This document shows, piece by piece, positions 25,904 to 36,695 of a stretch of DNA of 64,000 bases. Source of the stretch: Octopus bimaculoides. Taxonomy: Eukaryota. The notes below the pieces were generated by a model. It made no database searches, was not told the DNA's origin, and was given only the letters and a program-made list of their open reading frames with translations. Where the stretch lies: the NCBI RefSeq assembly GCF_001194135.2, contig NC_068998.1:23314098-23378097 (forward strand). The letters are read 5' to 3'. The translations under genes were made by a program, and so were the position numbers. How positions within the stretch are numbered: position 1 is the stretch's first letter; every line of letters begins with the position of its first letter.

Positions 25904-26591
25904 GACGGATGCTCACATGCACACACATGTACGCACAGGAATACAAATATAGTTATGAAACAGAAGCTGCACTCAAATAGCTTAATCTGATGTTAGATTC
26001 CGATAGCGATTTCCATTTCAACTCAAGATATTCGCAGACATGAAGTTCTTTAAAAAATGTCTTCACCTTTCTCTCCATTTTTCTCCTGAAAGTGTTTGCC
26101 ATAACACACAAGCAAATACCATATTAGTATTTATATATGCAGCTTTTGATACCGTTGCTCTGTTATTTACACCTGGATTTACTCATGTACTAAAATCATA
26201 CACAGATTGAGCTAATATTACTTTATTGAAAATAGATTTCCTTAATTTCTTTTTTTAACTGCCATTATTTCTTTCTTCAAGTTACTGCTATTTATTTATG
26301 TTGACTTATGTTTCTATCAATAACATTTGTATTTCTCAAATCTCTTCATTTAATGGTATTTTATGCCGGATAATCCCATATTATTGTACATTCCTAGAGT
26401 ACAGCGTACACCTTTTTTCTTGGTTATCAATAACCTCTTCCTTCACTTCTTTCTTCTTGTACTAGTTTAGTTTACTTATTTAACTCTTTTACATCATTCG
26501 TTTACTGCTTAGTGCATCATAGCAGTTCTGATAACCGCGATGTGCTTGTTAACCGAAACTACGATGTTTTCACCGTCTTCGTACGACGACG

Positions 26592-26687
26592 CAATTCTTC
26601 CATACCGTGCGCACGGTACTAAATGGTTCCGAAAAGGGACCAATCGAAACAGGTTCGAAACCTGCTGCCATGTAGGCAGTAGAATTG
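26592..26687 (+). ncRNA. Candidate structured RNA element: five-way junction with tRNA-like T-arm (unidentified)
   Basis: Five nested helices: caattct/agaattg, taccgt/acggta, tggttcc/gggacca (one G-U), caggtt/aacctg, ctgcc/ggcag. About 48% GC in AT-rich surroundings. No family recognised. Confidence 0.4.
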
Positions 26688-29600
26688 TATTCATATCTAA
26701 TCTTCATTCATGAAAAATGAATCAAGGCTTCACCCAAGCCACGTTTCTGGCCCACATTCTCTGTGCTCTATTGTGATATAAGGTGGTTGTGCATAAATGT
26801 GTTTCACATGGCCCATATCAACACATAACCAACTAGACCTTCAAGAAAAGCGCCAAAACAGAATGCCCAGTGTACACATTACTCTGTTGATCGAGAAATG
26901 AAAATTCTATCTCCCACCCCGTGCTGCCAGTTTCAGTAGACAACTGCCAAGAAACACCGAACAAGATGGACATGTGACATGTTGCAGCCTCAATACATGT
27001 GTGCTCCTCTTGTGCCACAGCATCCTCATCGATCTATTCAGCGTTGTCCACTGTAAAACAAACAAAAAGTAAGAACATTGTGTAATATACCACCTTCTTT
27101 AATAACGGATTAGAAAATATATAATTTAAGCAACTTGGGGTTTGGCACTGCTAGATAGGAACTGCTGATTTCTTGGCTTAGCCTGCGTTATTCGTTATCT
27201 CTTAATATCGGTAATGTGTCCAGCAGATCAAATTGCTTTAGTCATACTGTACTTATAAAATGTGAGGAAAATAATTCAATGTGTACTCTCTAAATCGAAA
27301 CTTGATTTGAAGATTCTGAAACAATATGCCTAAATATATATTGCACGAACGTATTTTAAAAGATAATTTGAAGCCCCTTCAAATTAATTTCAATACAATT
27401 ATTGAAATGCATAGGTTTTAATCTGAGATTACACATAATTATTTTGAAAATATCTGACAAAATTCAATTATCCAAAAGGGATTATAACATAATACATTGA
27501 TCATGAAGTGAATTATTATTCCCATTGAAAATTTATTTACATTATTTCGAATCGTGATTTTATCATAGAATAATGGAGCAATACGTTATGGAATAATTTA
27601 AAAATAACAAAATTAGATTGGTTTTAAGAAATTTGTTCCTTATAGATTGTGAATGATTTAAATATTTTCTCTGCTTTCCATATTATCTCTACAAAGAATC
27701 AAATTGAATACTCACTTGCAAATTAAATACTCACATTCTCTAATGAGAATCATGCACAGCCTGGCGCTAAATTCGAAATCATGATGTCAAACTAAACAGC
27801 ATTGGTTTCGCTGCCCTAGCAGAGGTAAGACGATTTTATTGTTCACTGCAATTTTTTCCTATCATGCTTATATTCATTTCGTGATTATTCAATGCCACAA
27901 AAGTATTTTTACTTCTATTTTAGCGATGCTGGTGCTCACATAGTACGCTTGTCTCTATATATAAATAGATATCTTATACATTTATTAATTTTGCCTGTAC
28001 GGACAATATATGCTGCAACTAGTGATGGTGTCTTGATCGTACTATCTCTCTCATCGAACATAACATAAGAGAAGCAGCATTTCCGAATTTATATAGACGA
28101 GTAATTCTGTATCCATCCTCTGGTTCACCATGTGCGTCAGAAGCAGTATCGCAGAAAATCTGCAGTTTACTAGCAGGGAGTGAATTATCATTATAGATAT
28201 AGGATAAAGAATTATTAATTTAATAATTAATAATTTTACCAAGTAGTTCGGTATGGAAAAAGAACCATTATCGGTAAAAAAAAACGTATACAAAAATGAG
28301 TGTCATGGACATCCAACAATGGAAGCACGAATCCACAAAGTTAAAGCCTTAGAACCTTAGGCCTTTGAAAAATAAACGACATCGAACGACTCAACTCAAG
28401 CAATACTTACTTCGCATGCACAACGTTGATGCTGACTAACTACAAAACCATCGGTAGTAGACAAAATAGATATTAAAAAACCGAAACTGAAGCATTCATT
28501 CTTGCTGCCCGATAGCTTATTTATAAAATTATTACAATATATCAAAAACCAAACAAACACCTTTAAAAATGGAGGAGATCAACAATAATAACGAATCGGT
28601 GATGAACAAGTCGAGACAAAAGACCGTAGAGTTAGATTGTTCCACTTAAACTTTAACTGATAATAAGGTTAGCGACATCGGTTGGTCTCTACATTCACTG
28701 CACATCATGCAGTGAAATGCTTTCATTATTATATTACAATACCTGCCCAAGGCATCTGGTCGATACCAGACGGATATTGTTAAATGAGCAGATATCGAAA
28801 GACAATAAAATAGCAACATCAACAGCAAAAACAGCAACAACAATAGTAATAATAAGAGTGATGATGATGATGATGACGACGACGACGATGGTGTATTTGG
28901 GTTTATGTTAAATGGAACTTATTTGTTAATCCACTTATGGCCCCGGTTCGCTAGTGATGTTAGATGCAAAAAAAATTATTTAAATGTTCTTTGTTTGCTT
29001 TCACAAATACGGAACGTCTACCACATGCCGTCATCAGACAAACAAAGCTACTATTACTGTCTTTGTTGCTATTACTAACAAAGACAGCGAAATCAGATTT
29101 GCTAATCAGAGCGGGTGCTTGCGACAAAATGAAGGAAATCATGTATATTTACGTGACCATTTAAATGGAAAAATATCATATTCAAATACGTCCGATGTTA
29201 GTGATAATATTGCAAACAACACAATTTTCGGAGCAGTAGTATTAAAGGAGCTAGATTAGTGGTAGAAAAGTTTCAAACTTAACAAAGTTATATAAAACCT
29301 AATGACTAGGAGTCGTTTATGACATGAGAGAGTACGTCTTAGTTCTAATATGTTATCAAAGAGAGGGAAAGGAGATAAATACCGTATCTAAAATTTATGT
29401 ATGTTGTTTGAGTGATTGGAATTTGCATCGAGAAATATGGTAGAAGAAGTAATACAGAAAATATCAAAAGACGTATAGAAAGCTGTGTTCATGAGAAGTA
29501 TATTATCGCATATATTTCACTTGAAAATATTATACAGTTGTAAGTTCTTTACGAGTGATGGGTTGCATTGAAAGCCTGTTGAAGGTCACATAGTTTTTAT

Positions 29601-29798
29601 ATTGTTACATATCAATATAACAATATATAACATATATTGTTACATATCAATGTTTACTTATTTTCATGGGTTTGATAGTTTACTGGACGGAAGCGATTCA
29701 CCAGTAGGAGCATAAATTCTTTTTTGAAGACACAATATATATGTATGTTTACATGTATGTATGTGAGTGTATACATACATACATACATATACATACAA

Positions 29799-29863
<65 letters not shown>

Positions 29864-29868
<5 letters not shown>

Positions 29869-30005
29869 GACGGGCTTCTTTCAGTTTACGTCTATCAAAT
29901 CCCCTTACAAGCCTATGGATTGCCCGAGGCTATAGTAGAAGTCACTTTCCCGAGGTGCCACGCTGTGGGACCGAACACGAAACCATGTGTTTGGGAAGCA
30001 ACCTT
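29864..30005 (-). mobile_element. SINE family B 5' half
   Basis: tacgacgggcttctttcagtttacgtctatcaaatcc...gcccgaggctatagtagaag.cactt.ccc.aggtgccacgc.gtgggac.gaac.c.aaaccatgtg. Confidence 0.88.
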
Positions 30006-30392
30006 AATATGTGTATATATATATATATATGTATATAATCAAGTAAAATATATAAACCTCATTAAAAGACCATAAATCCAATGAAAATACTGGTTAGTTA
30101 CCAATTTATAGAAAGTTCAACTATAAGGTAACCATAGAAACCGTGGTTCATGTATTTATATATTTGAAGAATAAGAATCAAATGGAGAGGGTATTAATAA
30201 AAATATTTATTAATCATAAAATATGACATCTCTGACATCTCAGAAATCTTTATAAAATTGATTTATAAAATTTAAATCCTTGAAAGATGAATCTCTTCAG
30301 AGGTAGTAAAAACATATTAGAAATACATGTTGAGAGAACGGCTATAAACCGTTAACTGATAGTATATATACAAAGAGAGCCGATTATAGAAG

Positions 30393-30695
30393 GCCTCAAT
30401 CCAACGTAGGGGAAGAAGGTAGTGTTTTTCCATTTTAAAGAAAGAAAAGAAGAGATTAATATAATATCAATATGTATTTAGAAGGAGAAAAAGAAAAGGT
30501 AAAAAAGGAAGCAGAAAAACGCATGTATATATAAATATATAATAATGCCTCAATCTAACATAGGGGAGAAAGTAGTGTATAGTTTGTGTCTTAAAGTAAG
30601 AAGAGATTACTATAATGGTAATGAGAAGGCGAAGTAGGAAAAAGGAAAAAAATCAAGCAGAAAAACCTGTGTGTGTAAAATACATAATAATGTCA
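30393..30695. repeat. Degenerate tandem dimer, period ~154 bp
   Basis: gcctcaatccaacgtagggga...aagaagagatta...aagcagaaaaac (from 30393) repeated as gcctcaatctaacataggggag...aagaagagatta...aagcagaaaaac (from 30547). Confidence 0.75.
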
Positions 30696-31664
30696 TATAA
30701 TATACTTCTCTATAATACTGGAATACAAAATATTTAACGTTATAAAAGTGAAGTCAAGTAGAAGCAGACAGTGGTAATTATGTATCAACCGAAGTTATCC
30801 GAAAGGGATAAATAATTTCTAAATATAATAATAATAATAATAATGACTTATTGTTTATGTTTATAATAATGATGAAATAAAATTGAAATTGAATAAATAA
30901 ATAGAATCTCCAGAATAATATCGAAACAGAAAAATATCAAATCCATAATATATCCATACATTCCTTAAGACAATTTATTTGAAGCTTTTATGGTAAAAAG
31001 CAATAATAATAAAAATAGATTATTAGATAGGAACAAAAATTAAAAACTAAATATTTAAGACATACAACATTTTGTTTGAGGAACATGCTAAATGCGGTAA
31101 AGGAATTATTAAGAAAATAAACGTTTTGTAAGAGGAAATACTTTATATAAATAAATTCCAAACAAAATAAATTACAATGAATTACGTAAAATGCATTCAT
31201 GTATAGCAGAGATGTAGGGAAAAAAATATATAAAGACAGAAAAGTTGGAACGAATATAAACGGGGGTATATATGAAAATGTAATCTGAGGTGATGATAAT
31301 ATATTTGTGGATTTAAACAGTGAATCAGGAATCTTATGAATATGCTATTAACTTGGCCTGTTTTACTACTAAATAAAGTATAATACAAAATAAAATATAA
31401 AAGAAATAAACAAAAATGAAAAAGAAACAATAATAATCAGAATAAAACAATCATGGATAAATACAGAAGTCAATGATACGCCAGTATTAAAAGAGATATA
31501 GCTATATACTAAATAATAAGACTAATGGAGAAATAAGATCAATTATACATCAGAAATAAAATACATCATTCTTATATATATATATATATATATAAAATTT
31601 CAAATTGATTCGGCATCTATTTCTAGCATATAGGAGTCCACTTTTGCTGGTCATCCCTCCTATT

Positions 31665-31696
<32 letters not shown>

Positions 31697-33838
31697 AATA
31701 TAATATAATGTAATATAATCTTGAGTCATATATGTCTGTACTAAATATTAGGTGGAGATAATATAAGATTTACCAAAAGCTCTTAATTTTCATAAAATAA
31801 AATGATTGTAGGATATTATATGTCATAACGTACATTTTATAAGGTAGATTAACTTAAATGCAAATTGTAATTTTATACAAATACTATAAAAGATAAAGGA
31901 ATAAGTTAAGTAAATTAAATTATAAAAACTAATTGGAGTATATTTTTAGACAAACATGCATTTGCTTAGTTAGATCAACTGACATGCAAAATGAAATTTT
32001 ATGCAAAGATTACAAAAGATGCAGAACTATATTAAATCAAATAAAAATAAAAATAAAATGAGTAAAACAAATTGGAAGATTTGTCCTTAAAACTAACAAA
32101 GAATTGAAAGGATGTACCAATAATACATTATAGGGTTAAATGCATATGATAACAAATAAATATGATATAATATAATGAAAAAATAACAAGGAGAAATTTT
32201 GTTGAATAAAAAATATTATCAATACAGATTAAGATAAGAGATAAACCAGGTTAAAACCAAAGAGTTTTTTTTACATAATATGTGTGGAATTAAACACATA
32301 TATCTGATAAATTAATAATATATCCTGAATTAAGAACTTATTACAGGTAAATAATTACGTTAATTAATATTAAAACGAAATAGAGAATGAAGACACATAA
32401 ATCCATACACACACACATACGTACAGGTATGTACGTATGTATNNNNNNNNNNNNNNNNNNNNNNNNNNNNNNNNNNNNNNNNNNNNNNNNNNNNNNNNNN
32501 NNNNNNNNNNNNNNNNNNNNNNNNNNNNNNNNNNNNNNNNNNNNNNNNNNNNNNNNNNNNNNNNNNNNNNNNNNNNNNNNNNNNNNNNNNNNNNNNNNNN
32601 NNNNNNNNNNNNNNNNNNNNNNNNNNNNNNNNNNNNNNNNNNNNNNNNNNNNNNNNNNNNNNNNNNNNNNNNNNNNNNNNNNNNNNNNNNNNNNNNNNNN
32701 NNNNNNNNNNNNNNNNNNNNNNNNNNNNNNNNNNNNNNNNNNNNNNNNNNNNNNNNNNNNNNNNNNNNNNNNNNNNNNNNNNNNNNNNNNNNNNNNNNNN
32801 NNNNNNNNNNTTTTTATCTTACTAAAATTGACTTGAAACCATGGTACAGAATATAGATTGGTAAATGTTTTTATTTTTCATTACCTTTCGAAATTATCCC
32901 TAATTTTTGTGGTATGTAGTCTTTTGCTGCTCTTTCTAGCGGGTTAGATGTCCTATTACAGGCATCTCTGCATTTTAAATGAATAATACATAGTCTATTG
33001 ACTGTTTTTTTTACTCTCGCTAGACCACTGGTGGTAAATAAAATTTTTATAATTTATATATATATATATATATATATAGATACATAAGCACCTGATAAAA
33101 TTTAGGTAAATTGGGCTCATTATATAATTTGGATGATATTATATATAGCTTATGTGAAAGGAATAAATAACTTGATATATAATATATACATGAATATTAA
33201 TGAAAGGGCAAGATTTATATGAATATTAATGTAAAGGCAAAATATATATCTATATATAAATTAGGGGTTTAAAACAGGTTGATTTTAAAGAGGAGCTTAA
33301 TGTAGTAAAGGCGGAAGTGTTAAATATGTAGTGAAATTAGTTAGACACGGATGCAAATGCAAGTAATAAAATGAGTAAATAATTAAATATTATTATATCA
33401 GTATTTTGACGACACAAATTTGGTTTCATATGTATTTGATAACACGGTGCAGAGGATAGTATTTCCCATTTTAAATAATAAATTCACTCAGAGCAGTGGA
33501 ACCAGATCTAAGTCTATTTCTGAAAGAATAAATGTGAGAGGTCAAACGTTTCTTAATTTCATTCTATGTAGAACCTATATACCAACTCTTCATTTCCTGT
33601 GCCGTTAATGTACATTGATATAGCACGCTTCTACGCTTACATGCATTTCTATGTAAGCTGTTACTTTTAATTATACAATCACAGCTATTAGTTATATCAT
33701 TCACTTTAGGGGTATTAGGTATATGGATCAGATTATGAGTAGATATATTGCTTTGTAAATAAGTGTTATTGGCATTAATATTTTCAATAGGGTTATCTAC
33801 CGGGGTGGGTTAACAGTATTACAGGTAATTACACTCGC

Positions 33839-33882
<44 letters not shown>

Positions 33883-34869
33883 TTTATTATTAAAGCTGGT
33901 AAAACATCACAAAATATCAATAAAAGCTGCTAATCAGGGTGTCACGTTCCCGTTTGTCCGGCAATTGTGATCAAGAATTGAATAAAAATTGTGAATATAC
34001 GTATAATGTATATTTTGATATGACTGAAATTAACATATACACATTTGAATATGATTGGTTCTACTGGAAGTTGAGACTGAATATACAAATAAGAAATAAT
34101 AATAATAAATTAAAATTATATAAATATCGTGTTGTATTAAATCAAAGAAAACCTTGAGTTGGAAAAAAAAAAGATTTACTTTGGGTAGCTGTAGTGAACA
34201 ATATTAGTTGTTTTTTTTATTGTAACATTATCTTTAATTTCTTAGCTGATATCGAGGTTTTCTATTTGCTGAAGCACTATCACATAATAACTAAATATAA
34301 AAGAAATGGAAAATGGAGACAAACTCACAAAAGGTCACTTAAATCATTTATATCACCGACATATATGTTTCGATGGGTACATTAATAATAACCCGGGACG
34401 AATAATATGGTGGAATAATGTATCAATCTCATCAAGCTGAAGATCATAAATATCAGTGTAATAGAGGGTCAAGTAAGTAGAAATGTGAATGATAAATGCA
34501 TAGAAACGATAAAGGAAAGAATGAGATATTTGCCTTGAACGAATAAGGTTAAAATTACAGATATTGTTAGGCAAAACAGAGGAGATATTTGAAATAGCTT
34601 AAATGTGTTTTTACCAATGTAAACACCCGTAAACATGTTCTTCATAGGTGCTGACAAGTGAAGTCTCTCTTTGGAAAAAAGGACATGCAGTTGTTCATCC
34701 GTACAAAGAAGGCAAAATGATTTGCCCTTATCATAAGGGAATGACCTTCACAATATTTTCCAGTCTAAATTAAGCTGTTTATTACAGTCTATGAGATACC
34801 ATATTAGCTTTCTAAGACCCGTAGTATTACATTTACTAATATATTTAAATGTAGAAAGATGATTATCTA

Positions 34870-35720
34870 TGAGGTTTTTTTTTTTAATCTTAATGGAGCA
34901 AATGACATTAACTACAAGGAAGGTCTACTTGTTCCATCATATATTAACAACATGGAAGTTCTACTTGTTCAATCAGATAAAAATGGCAACCTGTATCACC
35001 TAAGCATGGATTATTACCTAAAATTACTCAGGAAAGAAATGCAAAATATATATAAGGCTATTGGTAAAAATGTTATTAGGAAAACCAACGTTGAAACATA
35101 GAAAATTATGGAGAAATATAATTTACAAATGAGGACTGATCCTTTCAATCCAAAGCAACCCCGTTTTATTTTAAAAGACCACAAACATAACTCCTTCAAT
35201 AACCCAACTCTCGGATATCGCTATACTTAGCAAAAGTATTGCTGATAAGTACGTTCCTTTTTTTTTTAAAGAAAACACTTACACTTCATTTATGGTTCAA
35301 TTCTTTTGTTTATAAACTCAACACTAAATTTATCCAGTTTGATATATTTAATTATTAGTCTTCTATTAATCCTGTCATCCTTACTAAAGCCCAATAGTTC
35401 GCACAAAATAAATCTGGCCTCACTCAAGATGAAATTAATGTAGTTTTAGTGGCTAGAAAATCTATTGTTAAATTTGATAATAAATTTTGGGCAATTGCTT
35501 TGATATAACAATGGGAGCATCCGATTCTGCCCAGATCTCTGACCCGTTTGGTATTTATATTCTATCCGAAATGGCTGATCAATTCCCGTATGTTTCGGTG
35601 GATTATATCGCAACGATGACCTCTATCTCCAAAATATCTCTTATCAAGAACTACAAAATATTAAAGATGATCTAGTTATATTCTTCAGTAATATGGGCTT
35701 GAGTATTAATTTTAATGACA
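34870..35720 (+). mobile_element. Penelope-like reverse transcriptase relic
   Basis: VQSDKNGNLYHLSMDYYLKLLRKEMQNIYK...FILKDHKHNSFNNP; ILTKAQ*FAQ...INVVLVARKSIVKF; CFDITMGASDSAQISDPFGIYIL; GLYRNDDL (frameshifted). These correspond to PLE RT motifs (KDHK, DVTMG, GLYRDD). Confidence 0.85.
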
Positions 35721-35729
35721 AAAGAACAG

Positions 35730-36695
35730 ACGTTAATTTATTTTACCATACAGTCAAATTAAACAGCTTTATGTTACCCATACCAAAAAACTTCAACCAA
35801 TTTAATTATAACCAAATGTATATTTCATGATGACTTCGAAAAAAATGTCAAACAGGGTGAGGGCAAGTACACAGCCCTGCTTCACGTTTCTGCATATGTT
35901 GAACACCTATAAATATTGAACGATACCTTTGATATCCGCATGAAACTATTGGAATTTCCTGAGAATTCTCGGAGAACAGCGAAACTTCTCAAAGATTTTG
36001 AAAAAGGCAACCTCTCTAACAAAGTGTAAGGCCTTCATGATGTCAATGAAAGTGATGTACTTTCATTGCCTTTGCTCTCAGAACTTCTCCCGTATTTGTT
36101 AAAAAGAGAAGACCGTGAATATGGAGAAGCGTTCTGATTGCAACTCATACATCCTGCGATGTCAAATGAAAACTGGATTCCATTTCATATTTGTAGGGAG
36201 TACTTATTTGCAAAGCGTCTTGCTGTCTTCTCCGTGTTGTTCCTCGCTGATATCAATGCTTGCTGTTTTGCCCCGGGAGATTGGCGCTTGGGCATCAACA
36301 GGTCAACTTGCTTCTCCTCCATGGGCGTATCAATCTCATTCGTGTTGGAATCAGACCAGTCGAATCAGATCAATTCTTATTTACCACCTCCCTCTAAAGG
36401 CTCTCAGTATAATGCAAGGAATGGTGTCCCTCAGAAGGTTCCACCTCTGTTGAATATTACATTCCCGGGGACTCTAAGGACGGAGTTCTTCAGTGATTTG
36501 GAAATGCATCAGCCTTGGCTGATTCCAGGGTTGCAGTAGCAATGATACGTTGCTTGTTGCAGTATACCAGTCTTGATTAGAGTTTCTAACTGCAGCAAAG
36601 TAAGCGGTGATCTGTATCACAGTCAGCGCTGTTAAAGGATCGTGTCAAGAGCACATTCCTCAGCAAGTTGCGTGTTGTGAGGTTTAGATCTAGAT
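35730..36695 (-). mobile_element. RTE-clade LINE ORF2 relic (APE C-terminus, linker, RT motifs) with internal deletion
   Basis: Minus strand: LDLNLTTRNLLRNVLLTRSFNSADCDTDHRLLC; ALISARNNTEKTARRFANKY; REKF*EQRQ*KYITFIDIMKALHFV; VKQGCVLA; KLFNL. Confidence 0.88.

Noticed and set aside
26521-26580. CTGATAA...GAAAC spacing resembling a hammerhead core
   Set aside because: G8 is absent and no stem I pairing could be built.
26833-27050. Apparent minus-strand exon with strong acceptor (ttcttactttttgtttgttttacag at 27051)
   Set aside because: All three frames hit stops and there is no convincing donor or recognisable protein. Better treated as part of the possible LTR.
29600-29652. 18-nt direct repeat atattgttacatatcaat x2
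   Set aside because: Simple local slippage duplication in AT-rich DNA.
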